Program-made: the position numbers and the translations under genes
Notes under the pieces: model-generated
The model's database searches: none
Told to the model about the DNA's origin: nothing
The model's input: only the letters and a program-made list of their open reading frames with translations
Origin: Candidatus Aminicenantia bacterium
Lineage (GTDB): Bacteria; Acidobacteriota; Aminicenantia; JdFR-78
Assembly: GCA_046760445.1 (NCBI GenBank)
Contig: JBHIEE010000003.1
Location: forward strand, 1-59,273
DNA: 59,273 nt
Direction: 5' to 3'
Part shown: piece by piece, positions 50,011-59,273 of the stretch
Position numbering within the stretch: position 1 is the first letter of the stretch
How the letters are laid out: the number at the start of each line of letters is the position of its first letter

Positions 50011-50128
50011 AAGATAGTCAGGGGCAAACTTTGAAATTAGAGGTTTCTATGGAAGCCGAAATCAAAAGATACCTCTTTGAAGTTTCAGGCCTGCCTGCCG
50101 CAGGCAAGGGTTTACCCCTGACTATCTT
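50011..50128. repeat. Long REP-like hairpin interrupted by a 20-bp micro-palindrome
   Basis: 50011-50038 pairs 24/28 with 50081-50089 plus 50110-50128. Inner stem 50039-50048/50067-50076. Insert at 50090-50109. Confidence 0.85.
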
Positions 50129-50149
50129 AAATATAATAGGAGAAGAAAA

Positions 50150-52729
50150 ATGAGGTGGGATAAATTCACTGTAAAATCAGTCGAAGCATTTCAGCAAGCT
50201 CAGACTAAAGCAGAGAGTTTAGGGCATCAAGAATTGAGACCAGAGCATCTTCTTTGGGCTCTTTTGAATCAACCAGAGAGTGTGGTAGTCTCAATTTTAA
50301 ACAAGGTCGGGGTTAACAATGAAAAAATTTTGCAGGAATTAGAAAATTTTTTGGAAAAACTCCCAAAGATTTCAGGTGGAGAAGTTTATCTCTCTCCGGA
50401 TTTAAAAAAAATAATAGATAGTTCATTTAAAGAAGCTGAAAAATTTAAAGATGAGTATGTTTCCACTGAACATTTATTTCTGGCGATCCTGAAAGAAGAA
50501 CAGTTCCTGGCTTCGAAAATATTAAAGGATAATGGTGTTACCGAGGGTGCTGTTTTAAAAGCATTAAGAAGTATTAGAGGCTCCCAGCGAATCACAGACC
50601 CTAATCCCGAGGATAAGTATCAAGCTCTTCAAAAATATGGGCGTGATCTCACAGAATTAGCTCGACAGGGCAAATTAGACCCAGTGATTGGTCGTGATGA
50701 TGAAATAAGGCGGGTTGTTCAGGTTTTATCCAGAAGAACCAAAAATAATCCGGTCTTGATTGGAGAAGCTGGAGTAGGAAAAACAGCAATTGTTGAGGGG
50801 CTGGCTCAGAGAATAGCTAATGGAGATGTGCCCGACACTTTAAAAAATAAAAAAATTGTTGCATTGGATTTAGGGGCTTTAATTGCTGGAACAAAATATC
50901 GGGGAGAATTTGAGGATAGATTGAAGGCTGTGCTTAGAGAAATTACTGATGCGCAGGGAGAAATAGTTCTTTTTATAGATGAACTTCATACCATCATAGG
51001 AGCTGGAGCAGCTGAAGGAGCAGTGGATGCTTCAAATATGTTAAAACCTCCTTTGGCGCGAGGAGAGCTTCGGTGTATTGGAGCGACTACTTTAAATGAG
51101 TATAAAAAATATATTGAAAAAGATGCTGCTTTAGAAAGGAGGTTTCAGCAGGTTTATGTTGGAGAGCCTACTGTTGAAGAAACTATTTCTATTTTAAGAG
51201 GCCTTAAAGAAAAATACGAAGTTCATCATGGAGTGAAAATAAAGGATTCAGCCTTGGTTGCTGCTGCTACCTTGTCAAATCGGTATATAACTGATCGGTA
51301 TTTACCAGATAAAGCAATTGACCTGATTGATGAAGCAGCTTCCCATATAAGGATAGAAATTGACAGCCTGCCGGTTGAGATTGATGAAATAGAAAGGAAA
51401 ATTATTCAACTGGAAATTGAAAAACAGGCTTTAAAAAAGGAAAAAGATAAAGCTTCTCAGGAGAAAATAAACATAATCGAAAAGAAATTAGCTGATTTGA
51501 AAGAAGAAAGAGATCGAATGAAAGCCCATTGGCAGGGAGAGAAAGAAGCAATTGAGAAAATTAAACGGCTCAAAGAACAAATTGATAAATTGAAAATAGA
51601 AGAGCAGAATGCCGAAAGACGAGGAGATTTAGAGAAAGTGGCTGAAATAAGATATGGTAAATTGATTGAATTAAATAAAAAAATTGAAGAGGCCACAAAA
51701 CAATTAGCCAAAATTCAGGCTCGAGGCAAAATGCTTAAGGATGAAGTAGATGAAGAGGATATTGCCGAGATAGTTTCAAAATGGACAGGAATTCCAGTCT
51801 CAAAAATGTTAGAGGGAGAAATTGAAAAGCTGATTAAGATGGAAGATAATTTAAGAAAGAGGGTAATTGGTCAGGATCATGCAGTAAAAATAGTTTCTGA
51901 TACCATAAGAAGAGCAAGGGCTGGTATCCAGGATCCAAATCGTCCTCTTGGTTCTTTTGTTTTTTCAGGGCCCACTGGCGTAGGTAAAACTGAATTGGCT
52001 CGTGCATTAGCAGAGTTTCTTTTTGACGACGAGAGAGCAATGGTTAGACTTGATATGTCTGAATATATGGAAAGACACTCAGTTGCTCGATTAATAGGAG
52101 CTCCTCCTGGTTATGTTGGTTTTGAAGAAGGAGGTCAGTTAACAGAAGCAATAAAAAGGAGACCTTATTCCATTATTCTTTTAGATGAAATTGAAAAAGC
52201 TCATTCAGATGTTTTTAATATATTGCTTCAAGTTTTGGACGACGGACGATTAACAGATGGGCAAGGAAGAACAGTTGATTTCAAGAATACGGTGATTATT
52301 ATGACCAGTAATCTTGGTAGCCAGTTGATTACTGAATTGAGCGGAGATTATCAAAAAATAGAAGAAAAAATTCAAGAAATTTTGAGACAAAATTTCAGGC
52401 CGGAGTTTCTAAATAGGATCGATGATATAATTGTTTTCAAGCCTCTGTCCAAAGAAATCATTTTAAAAATCGTAGACTTACAGATAGCTCAATTAGAAAA
52501 AAGATTGAAGGATAAGAAAATAAAAATTGAAATGCCCCCAAAAGTGAAAGAGCTTTTGGCTGAAAGAGGATATGATCCTGTTTTTGGCGCTCGACCATTA
52601 AAAAGAACAATTCAGCGAGAAGTCGAAAATCCATTAGCTATTAAAATACTCCAGGGTGAATTTTCAGAGGGAGATACTATTAATGTAGATGTAGATCCTC
52701 AGAATGAATTGATTTTTAAGAAAAAATAA
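50150..52729 (+). CDS. clpB: ATP-dependent chaperone ClpB
   Basis: Clp N-domain, GEAGVGKT, long M-domain coiled coil, [13 protein letters not shown]. Confidence 0.97.
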   Translation: MRWDKFTVKSVEAFQQAQTKAESLGHQELRPEHLLWALLNQPESVVVSILNKVGVNNEKILQELENFLEKLPKISGGEVYLSPDLKKIIDSSFKEAEKFKDEYVSTEHLFLAILKEEQFLASKILKDNGVTEGAVLKALRSIRGSQRITDPNPEDKYQALQKYGRDLTELARQGKLDPVIGRDDEIRRVVQVLSRRTKNNPVLIGEAGVGKTAIVEGLAQRIANGDVPDTLKNKKIVALDLGALIAGTKYRGEFEDRLKAVLREITDAQGEIVLFIDELHTIIGAGAAEGAVDASNMLKPPLARGELRCIGATTLNEYKKYIEKDAALERRFQQVYVGEPTVEETISILRGLKEKYEVHHGVKIKDSALVAAATLSNRYITDRYLPDKAIDLIDEAASHIRIEIDSLPVEIDEIERKIIQLEIEKQALKKEKDKASQEKINIIEKKLADLKEERDRMKAHWQGEKEAIEKIKRLKEQIDKLKIEEQNAERRGDLEKVAEIRYGKLIELNKKIEEATKQLAKIQARGKMLKDEVDEEDIAEIVSKWTGIPVSKMLEGEIEKLIKMEDNLRKRVIGQDHAVKIVSDTIRRARAGIQDPNRPLGSFVFSGPTGVGKTELARALAEFLFDDERAMVRLDMSEYMERHSVARLIGAPPGYVGFEEGGQLTEAIKRRPYSIILLDEIEKAHSDVFNILLQVLDDGRLTDGQGRTVDFKNTVIIMTSNLGSQLITELSGDYQKIEEKIQEILRQNFRPEFLNRIDDIIVFKPLSKEIILKIVDLQIAQLEKRLKDKKIKIEMPPKVKELLAERGYDPVFGARPLKRTIQREVENPLAIKILQGEFSEGDTINVDVDPQNELIFKKK

Positions 52730-52810
52730 TAAGAGGGATAACTATTGCTCTTCTAATCTGGATTGTTTCTTTAATTAATGATAGTATATTATTGATGAAA
52801 ATAAATAATT

Positions 52811-53146
52811 TGGTAGTGTCGAAAAGAATATGAAAACCCCAGAGAACATAGAGAAATGAAAAATTCCAAATTACAAATCACAAATTCCAAATAAGTTCCA
52901 ATGACTAAAATCTCAATGACCGAAACAAAAAAAGCAAGTAATTACGACTTAGAAGAGCGAACTTATCAGTTTGCTAAAAATATAGCTCTTTTTTGCAAGA
53001 AATTGCCTCGAACTATTTCAAATAGAGAATATATAAAACAAGTAATCGGTTTGGATATTGGAATTTGGGATTTATTTGATATTTGGAGCTTGAGATTTGT
53101 GATTTAATATAATAGGTGGTCTCTGTGGTTAAATTTGACAATACTA
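52811..53146 (+). mobile_element. Nested MITE-like element containing an internally deleted four-helix-bundle gene
   Basis: TIRs TGGTAGTGTCGAA/TTTGACAATACTA, AACCCCAGAG/CTCTGTGGTT arms, inverted heptamer arms 52862-52923 and 53047-53105. Confidence 0.8.
52901..53107 (+). pseudogene. Truncated four-helix-bundle protein (23S rRNA IVP / bAvd-like, TIGR02436-type)
   Basis: YDLEERTYQFAK...CKKLP...KQVI is a typical family N-terminus. The expected RS..S..AN..E core and C-terminal half are missing, and the ORF runs into the repeat arm. Confidence 0.8.
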
Positions 53147-53170
53147 ATTATTTTTTTTAAGGAGATAAAT

Positions 53171-53392
53171 ATGAAAGAAGAAGTAGAAAAAGCATTGGCT
53201 GAAATCAGACCTCATTTACAGGCTGATGGAGGTGATATTCAATTAGTAGAGGTTACTTCGGAAGGAGTGGTTAAGGTTAAATTATTGGGTGCCTGTGAGG
53301 GGTGTCCGATGAAGCAAATGACTTTAACCCAAGGAATAGGACAGTTTCTTAAAAAGAAAATTCCTGAGGTTAAAAGTGTAGAAACTGTTTAA
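53171..53392 (+). CDS. NifU-C/Nfu domain Fe-S carrier protein
   Basis: IRPHLQADGGD, GACEGCP. ATG 53171 follows AAGGAGA. Confidence 0.93.
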   Translation: MKEEVEKALAEIRPHLQADGGDIQLVEVTSEGVVKVKLLGACEGCPMKQMTLTQGIGQFLKKKIPEVKSVETV

Positions 53393-53459
53393 TTCCTTTA
53401 TATTACTGATTTTTTGAAGGGGGGTGTATTCTATCAAAAGGATTTAGTTAAATTTCTAA

Positions 53460-53488
53460 TTGACAAGAGTTTAAAAACTAAATATATT
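53460..53488 (+). promoter_or_regulatory. sigma70 promoter
   Basis: TTGACA-17-TATATT. Confidence 0.6.
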
Positions 53489-53589
53489 AAACAAAAGAGA
53501 AGTTAAAATGAAAAAGAAGGAGGGTGAGTACTTTTTGAATATGTCTTAAACTAAATAGTCTTAGTTTTAGAAAAGAAGTTATTTAAGGT

Positions 53590-55494
53590 ATGATGAAAAT
53601 GGATGATAAAGAGAGAGACGAGTTAGAAAGAAACCCCACCGAGGTTACTCTCCCGTATAAAGAATTGATTGAAAGGGCAAACGATATCATTTATTCCCTG
53701 GATGAGGAAGGATATATTACGTATTCCAACCGTGAGGCAAGTGAATATTTAGGATATTCAAAAGATGAGATTTTAAATTTACATTTTTCAGAATTAATTC
53801 CTGAAAAATATCACAAACAGGCTTTTAAACTGCTTCAGACTACTCTTAAAAACGGTGAAATCAGAAATGCAGAAATAATAGTTCGGAAAAAAAATGGAGA
53901 AGAAGTATGGATGGAATGTAATTCAAGGGCTATTGTGGAAGAGGGAAAGGTGGTCAGAGTAATAGGGGTGTTGAGAGACATTAATTATCGAAAAAAAGCT
54001 GAAGAATTATTCTTGAAAAAAGAGAAAGAGTATCAAGTACTGTTTGAGCGTACAGGAAATGCCACGGCTATAGTTGATCAAGAGTTTAGATTACTGAGGG
54101 TGAATAAGAAATTTACAGAAATGACTGGTTTTTCCGAAAAAGAAATGAAAGATAAAATTTCTTTTTTTGAATTATTTCCTGAGTATGAGAAAAACCGGGT
54201 ATATATTTATTATCAAAATAGAATGGAAGAGAAAAAGGAAGAGGCGCCTTTTAGATGTGAACTTATGACTAAAAATAAAGAGATTAAAAGTGTGGAAATA
54301 GATTTTCAATTTATTCCTGAGGTAAAGAGAGCGGTAGTCAATATTCAGGATTTAACAGAACAAAAGAAATTAGAGGAACAGATTCTTCATTCGGAAAAAC
54401 TCTCTACTCTTGGACAGATGATCGCGAGTATTGCTCATGAGCTTAACAATCCTCTTTCGGCAGTTGTTGGCTTTTCAGAATTACTATTAGGTGCGGAATG
54501 CCAAGGAGAGACTAGAGAAATGTTGGAAAAAATTAATAATGATGCTCAGCGCTGTCATAGAATTATTAATAATCTGTTGAGTATTGTTCGTAGTCGGACA
54601 TTTGAGAAAAAATATATTGATATAAATGAAGTAGTAGAAAAAACATTAGAGATTAAAAATTATGAACTGAAAATAGATAATATTAAAGTTGAGAAAAAGC
54701 TTGCACCAGAATTACCTCGGACCATGGCTGACTGGCATCAAATTCAGCAAGCAGTTTTAAATTTAATTAATAATGCTCATTATGCTATGGTTAAAGAGAA
54801 AGGAGAGGGGAAGTTAATCATTGGGACCAAACTTAAAGAATCAAAGATTCTGATTGAAATAAGTGATGATGGACCAGGGATTCCCGAAGATGCACTTCCC
54901 AAAATTTTTGATCCATTTTTTACCACCAAAGAAGACACTCGCAGTGCCGGGTTAGGACTGTCTATTGTTCAACGAATAATTAGAGACCATCAAGGAGAAA
55001 TAAGAGTTTCAAGTGAAGTAGGACAAGGTTCTACTTTTACTGTTGGATTACCAGTTTTTATAGAAGAAGAGCTTGTTCAGGGAGAGGAAAGGCCTTCCCC
55101 TGAGAAGGAAATATCAAAGATAGAGAAAAAAGTATTGATTGTGGAGGATGAGCCTTCTGTGGCTGACCTTTTCAAGTATATTCTTAACAAATATGGGTGT
55201 GAAGTAGAAATAGCCAGAAATGGGATGGAAGCTTTTAAGATTCTTCAGGAAAGAGAGTTTGATTTTATAATTTCAGATATTCGGATGCCTGGTATGGATG
55301 GGAAGATGTTATACAAAACAATAAAGCAGAGGAATATGTTTAAAGCGGATAGTATTATTCTTACTTCAGGTGATATATTAGGGGATCAAACTCAAGAATT
55401 CATTCGTGCTTCTAAAATTAAATTTCTTCCCAAACCATTTCGAGAAAGAGATTTATTAGAAATATTGGAAGAAATTTTGCATCGTAAAGACTAA
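53590..55494 (+). CDS. Cytoplasmic hybrid histidine kinase (2x PAS-HisKA-HATPase-REC)
   Basis: Two PAS/PAC domains, AHELNNPL, N/G1/F/G2 boxes, receiver VEDE...DIRMP...KP. Confidence 0.93.
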   Translation: MMKMDDKERDELERNPTEVTLPYKELIERANDIIYSLDEEGYITYSNREASEYLGYSKDEILNLHFSELIPEKYHKQAFKLLQTTLKNGEIRNAEIIVRKKNGEEVWMECNSRAIVEEGKVVRVIGVLRDINYRKKAEELFLKKEKEYQVLFERTGNATAIVDQEFRLLRVNKKFTEMTGFSEKEMKDKISFFELFPEYEKNRVYIYYQNRMEEKKEEAPFRCELMTKNKEIKSVEIDFQFIPEVKRAVVNIQDLTEQKKLEEQILHSEKLSTLGQMIASIAHELNNPLSAVVGFSELLLGAECQGETREMLEKINNDAQRCHRIINNLLSIVRSRTFEKKYIDINEVVEKTLEIKNYELKIDNIKVEKKLAPELPRTMADWHQIQQAVLNLINNAHYAMVKEKGEGKLIIGTKLKESKILIEISDDGPGIPEDALPKIFDPFFTTKEDTRSAGLGLSIVQRIIRDHQGEIRVSSEVGQGSTFTVGLPVFIEEELVQGEERPSPEKEISKIEKKVLIVEDEPSVADLFKYILNKYGCEVEIARNGMEAFKILQEREFDFIISDIRMPGMDGKMLYKTIKQRNMFKADSIILTSGDILGDQTQEFIRASKIKFLPKPFRERDLLEILEEILHRKD

Positions 55495-55524
55495 TAAATT
55501 TTACTTACCCACCATCTTTTTCTC

Positions 55525-55841
55525 GAGGATTTTCAAATGACCTTAAATGATATTATATATATTGATGGTGAGAATAGCTTTTATGGAAGCTCTAAATAAA
55601 TCAAAATTCAAAAATCAAAGATAAAAATGACAGAGGAAAAATATAAAAATAGTGCTGCAGTTGAGCGGTGCTGCAGTGCTGCAGTCAAAAAAAATCAACT
55701 GCAGCACCGCAGAACTATTATATTAGTTTTGACTTTTGATATTTAATATTTGATTTTTATAGAGGGGTGAAGCCGATCCCGCCTGCCTGTCCCCCCCCCG
55801 AGTGCTCGGGGTCGGGCAGGGGCAGACAGGAGTACTCGGGA
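55525..55841 (+). mobile_element. Nested palindromic element: 65-bp unit, heptamer arms, octamer core, GGGGTGAAG end and multi-tier micro-palindromes
   Basis: Homologous to 27161-27435 (revcomp) and 20382-20446. Nest at 55775-55841. Confidence 0.8.
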
Positions 55842-55919
55842 GAAAATCTTGATCACAACAGGATTTTCAGAGATGAAGGGCTTCTTATTAGTGTCAAGGT
55901 AGATAATGAAAACTGTTTC

Positions 55920-55928
55920 TGGTATAAT
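55920..55928 (+). promoter_or_regulatory. Extended -10 promoter for galU
   Basis: TGGTATAAT, 23 nt before ATG. Confidence 0.55.
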
Positions 55929-55951
55929 GATTTTTCCAAATAGAGAGAACC

Positions 55952-56818
55952 ATGATTGAAAAAGCAATTATTCCAGCAGCAGGATTTGGAACAAGGTTTT
56001 TGCCAGCAACTAAGTGTCTTCCTAAGGAAATGTTGCCGGTAGTAGACAAGCCACTTATCCAATATGGAGTGGAAGAAATAATTTCCTCTGAAATAAAAAA
56101 TATTCTGATAATTACCAGCCGAGGGAAAGGAGTTATTGAGGATTATTTCGATATTAATTTTGAATTAGAAAGTTTCTTGATTCAAAAAAATAAAGAGGAT
56201 TTAGTGAATGAGATAAAAAAAGTGGCTGACTTAATTAATATTTTTTATCTCCGGCAGAAAGAGGCATTAGGTTTAGGACATGCAGTGTTAATTGGTGAAG
56301 AATTTATCGCTGGGGAACCATTTGCTGTTTTGTTACCAGATGACATAATTGACGCTGAAAAACCTTGCCTGAAACAATTGATTGAAATTTATTCTGAGAC
56401 AAAGTGTTCTGTGGTTGCTCTTGAGAAAGTAGATGAAGAAGGCACTCGGAAATATGGAATAATTAAACCAAAGCAAATTTCAGACAGATTATTTCAAATT
56501 GAAGATATTATAGAAAAGCCTGGCCCAGAAAAAGCCTTCTCAGATTTGGCTGTTATCGGACGATATGTCTTTAATCCAGAGATTTTTTCAGCTCTTAAGA
56601 AAACCCGTCCTGATAAAAAAGGTGAAATTCAATTAACTGATGCAATTGATATCCTTCAAAAAGCAAAGCCTGTTTATGGACTTTTGGTTGAAGGGAAACG
56701 CTACGATGCAGGGGATAAATTTGGGTTCATCAAAGCAACTATTGAATTAGCTTTAAAAAGAAAAGAGTTCAGAAATAAGCTAAAGAAATTTCTTATTTCT
56801 TTAGAGTTAGATGACTAA
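55952..56818 (+). CDS. galU: UTP--glucose-1-phosphate uridylyltransferase
   Basis: PAAGFGTRFLPATK..PKEMLP, GLGHAV, EKP, GEIQLTDA. Confidence 0.96.
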   Translation: MIEKAIIPAAGFGTRFLPATKCLPKEMLPVVDKPLIQYGVEEIISSEIKNILIITSRGKGVIEDYFDINFELESFLIQKNKEDLVNEIKKVADLINIFYLRQKEALGLGHAVLIGEEFIAGEPFAVLLPDDIIDAEKPCLKQLIEIYSETKCSVVALEKVDEEGTRKYGIIKPKQISDRLFQIEDIIEKPGPEKAFSDLAVIGRYVFNPEIFSALKKTRPDKKGEIQLTDAIDILQKAKPVYGLLVEGKRYDAGDKFGFIKATIELALKRKEFRNKLKKFLISLELDD

Positions 56819-57224
56819 GAAATATAAATATTTCTCAACAATGGCTGATATGGGGATGGAGGTAGAAGGAGAAAATTTAACCCAACTCTTTTCCAATGCA
56901 GCTCAAGGAATGTTTAATTTAATCGCTTCCTCCCACAAATTTACTCCAAAAGAAGAATTTGAGATTGAAATTACTGGGGAAAACTGGGAGGAACTTTTAT
57001 TTAAATGGCTAGGTGAGTTGCTTTTTTATTATGATGCATATAAGATATTTTTAGTAGAGTTTCAAGTTAAAGAAATCACCCCCTATAAATTAAGGGCTTC
57101 TGTCAGAGGAGAAAAAATAAAAAATAAGAAAGTGGAGAGGGAAATAAAAGCAGTGACCTATCACAATTTAGAAATAACTCAGAAGAACAACAGCTGGAAG
57201 GTGAAAGTTCTATTTGATTTATAA
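56811..57224 (+). CDS. Archease
   Basis: N-terminal AD motif, EIKAVTYH, C-terminal FDL; adjacent to rtcB. Confidence 0.93.
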   Translation: MTKKYKYFSTMADMGMEVEGENLTQLFSNAAQGMFNLIASSHKFTPKEEFEIEITGENWEELLFKWLGELLFYYDAYKIFLVEFQVKEITPYKLRASVRGEKIKNKKVEREIKAVTYHNLEITQKNNSWKVKVLFDL

Positions 57225-57237
57225 AAGGAGTTAAGCT

Positions 57238-58683
57238 ATGAAGGAAAAATTAAAAAAGATAACTAATTATAAATGGATGCTGCCTCAAGATGTGGATTCC
57301 CGGATGAGAGTGCCCGGGATTATTTTTGCTACAGAAGAACTGATGAAAAAAGCGGTCGAAGATGAATCATTGATTCAGGTAAGAAACGCCGCTACTTTGC
57401 CAGGTATTGTAAAAGCTTCTTTTGCCATGCCAGATATTCATTACGGGTATGGGCTGCCTATTGGTGGAGTAATTGCTACTGACTGGGAGAGTGGAATTGT
57501 TTCTCCTGGTGGGGTAGGATTTGATATAAATTGTGGGGTGAGATTGCTTTCTACTAATTTATTCCTGAAAGACATAAAAGATAAAAAGAAACTTTTAGTT
57601 GAGGCTCTCTATTATTATATTCCCACAGGAGTCGGTTCAAGAGGGAAATTACATCTTTCTCATCAACAGGAAAAAGAAGTTTTAGCGAAAGGAGCGAGAT
57701 GGGCAGTAGAGAAAGGATATGGCACTAAAGAAGATTTAGAATCCACGGAATCTTATGGATCTTTGCCAGGAGCTAATTCAAGTAAGGTGAGTCACAAGGC
57801 TCTGGAGAGAGGAGCTCAGCAATTAGGCACCTTAGGCTCAGGTAATCATTTTCTTGAAATTCAATATGTAGATGAGGTCTATGACCCAGAGCTGGCTAAA
57901 ATTTTTAACTTAGAAAAAAATAAAATTACTATTATGATTCATACTGGTTCAAGGGGGTTAGGTCATCAGATTGCCACTGATTATTTGGAGGTTATGGGCC
58001 GAGCTTTGAGAAAATATAATATTGTTCTTCCTGACAGACAATTGGCCTGTGCTCCTATAAATTCTCCTGAGGGTCAGAATTATATTGCGGCAATGAAAGG
58101 GGCAGCCAATTATGCCTGGGCAAATCGTCAGGTTCTTATGCACTGGACCAGGGAGACTATTTGCCGAGCTTTAAATGCTTCTCCAAAAGAATTAGGTTTA
58201 GAACTAATTTATGATCATGCTCATAATATTGTTAAAAAAGAAGAGCATATAGTGGAAGGCAAGAAAAAATACCTTGCTGTTCACCGTAAAGGAGCAACCA
58301 GAGCATTTCCTCCTGGTCATTCTGAACTTCCAGCCAAATATCGCTCCATTGGACAACCAGTCATTATACCCGGAGATATGGGCAGATATTCTTATTTGCT
58401 GGTTGGCACCAAGGAGGCAATGGAAGAGAGTTTTGGATCAAGTTGTCATGGAGCAGGTCGAGTGTTAAGTCGACATAAAGCTATTCAACAGGCACGAGGA
58501 AGGTCAATCAGTCAGGAATTAGAGAAAGATGGGATATTTGTCAGAGCAGCTGACAGGAGAACAGTTAGTGAGGAGATGCCCGATGCTTATAAAGATGTTT
58601 CAATGGTAGTAGATGCCATCGCAGCTGCCCGCATTTCCAAAAAAGTACTCCGCTTAAGACCTTTGGTTGTAATTAAAGGCTGA
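57238..58683 (+). CDS. rtcB: RNA-splicing ligase RtcB (archaeal/eukaryote-like long form)
   Basis: MPDIHYGYG.PIGG, DINCG, GSGNHF, HTGSRG, HN, HRKGAT, HGAGR, EE.P.AYK, IKG. Confidence 0.97.
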   Translation: MKEKLKKITNYKWMLPQDVDSRMRVPGIIFATEELMKKAVEDESLIQVRNAATLPGIVKASFAMPDIHYGYGLPIGGVIATDWESGIVSPGGVGFDINCGVRLLSTNLFLKDIKDKKKLLVEALYYYIPTGVGSRGKLHLSHQQEKEVLAKGARWAVEKGYGTKEDLESTESYGSLPGANSSKVSHKALERGAQQLGTLGSGNHFLEIQYVDEVYDPELAKIFNLEKNKITIMIHTGSRGLGHQIATDYLEVMGRALRKYNIVLPDRQLACAPINSPEGQNYIAAMKGAANYAWANRQVLMHWTRETICRALNASPKELGLELIYDHAHNIVKKEEHIVEGKKKYLAVHRKGATRAFPPGHSELPAKYRSIGQPVIIPGDMGRYSYLLVGTKEAMEESFGSSCHGAGRVLSRHKAIQQARGRSISQELEKDGIFVRAADRRTVSEEMPDAYKDVSMVVDAIAAARISKKVLRLRPLVVIKG

Positions 58684-58685
58684 TA

Positions 58686-58720
58686 ACAGAAAACAGGAGA
58701 CAGAAGTCAGAAACCAGAAA
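58686..58720 (+). repeat. Five heptamer tandem units (solo arm)
   Basis: ACAGAAA-ACAGGAG-ACAGAAG-TCAGAAA-CCAGAAA. Confidence 0.75.
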
Positions 58721-58981
58721 GATTTATCCTTAGATGTTTGAAGAAAGGAATATTCAATGAAGTCCAGAGCAGTGTTTTATTGGAATTTATTGGGTTCTTA
58801 TTTTTTTCTCTCGGCGTTGATTTATAACTTTTTTGGTTTGGAATAGAAAATCAGCTAAAAAATGAGCAATCACTAATCTCAATAAAAGATTAATTTGATA
58901 AATCATAAGTCTACAGCCTTATATTGACTCTTTATAAGTCTCCTAACTTATATTTACTGATAATTGAATCAAATACCTGTT

Positions 58982-59272
58982 TCAGGTAAAAATTTCGTGT
59001 TCGCGATACAGGTAAAAAATTGTAATTATGGAAAATAAAAGAGAGGGAATTATTATATTAATTCTCGTCAATTTGGTAATTCCTAATACCAAGGTAGAGT
59101 CAAATATCCACATTCCCATAGCAACTAAAGTTACTGCATATCCGAATTTCTTCAGTTTTAGAAGACCAAAAGCTCCAATAAATAAAAGAGCAGACAGAAT
59201 GATGTCAGGAGCTGCGAATGCATTATATACATTTGATGGAACAGGCATAGTTGAAGGAAATGCTCTCCCTAT
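58982..59272 (-). CDS. Hypothetical membrane protein, 5' end probably outside the window
   Basis: Frame stays open to the window edge; three hydrophobic helices. Confidence 0.65.
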   Translation of the reverse strand: MGRAFPSTMPVPSNVYNAFAAPDIILSALLFIGAFGLLKLKKFGYAVTLVAMGMWIFDSTLVLGITKLTRINIIIPSLLFSIITIFYLYREHEIFT

Positions 59273-59273
59273 C

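Noticed and set aside
49880-50149. CIRCE or RNA thermometer before clpB
   Set aside because: No TTAGCACTC-N9-GAGTGCTAA, and the SD lies outside the hairpin stems.
52901-53107. Diversity-generating retroelement (Avd-like gene, near-identical repeat pair)
   Set aside because: There is no reverse transcriptase. The one difference in the 76-nt repeat is C/T on +, too little to show adenine-specific mutagenesis, and neither copy lies in a target gene.
55743-56062. Short minus-strand ORFs (55743-55967, 55853-56062)
   Set aside because: They span the palindrome nest and are antisense to galU, with no coding signature.
58721-58981. Possible Y RNA/tRNA-like RNA downstream of rtcB
   Set aside because: No cloverleaf, T-loop or stable stem recognisable; AT-rich spacer.

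Overview
AT-rich bacterial chromosomal window made up mostly of housekeeping genes. These include peptidases, purD/purE/mtaB, a Pit locus, comEC, envC-ctpA-yibQ, maf, pdaD, dusB, SurA-like PPIases, mfd, wzm/wzt, a split atp operon, clpB and galU-archease-rtcB. Gene content resembles Aminicenantes/Acidobacteriota (inference only). I see no rRNA, tRNA, CRISPR array, intact transposase or integrase. The main signal is intergenic: at least nine spacers (1-236, 20194-20446, 27161-27435, 37902-38032, 40342-40581, 45825-45893, 50011-50128, 52811-53146, 55525-55841) are built from one shared kit of nested palindromic modules. The kit comprises outer shells, inverted 7/8/9-mer tandem-repeat arms, remnants of a four-helix-bundle (bAvd/23S-IVP-like) gene, and 19-34 bp GC-rich micro-palindromes that insert into each other without visible target duplication. 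Inner modules are swapped between shells, and one core is inverted between two copies. Separately, the GC-richer terC gene is bracketed by GTTAGAT...ATCTAAC integron-type core sites, suggesting a stranded gene cassette. All alignments were done by eye.
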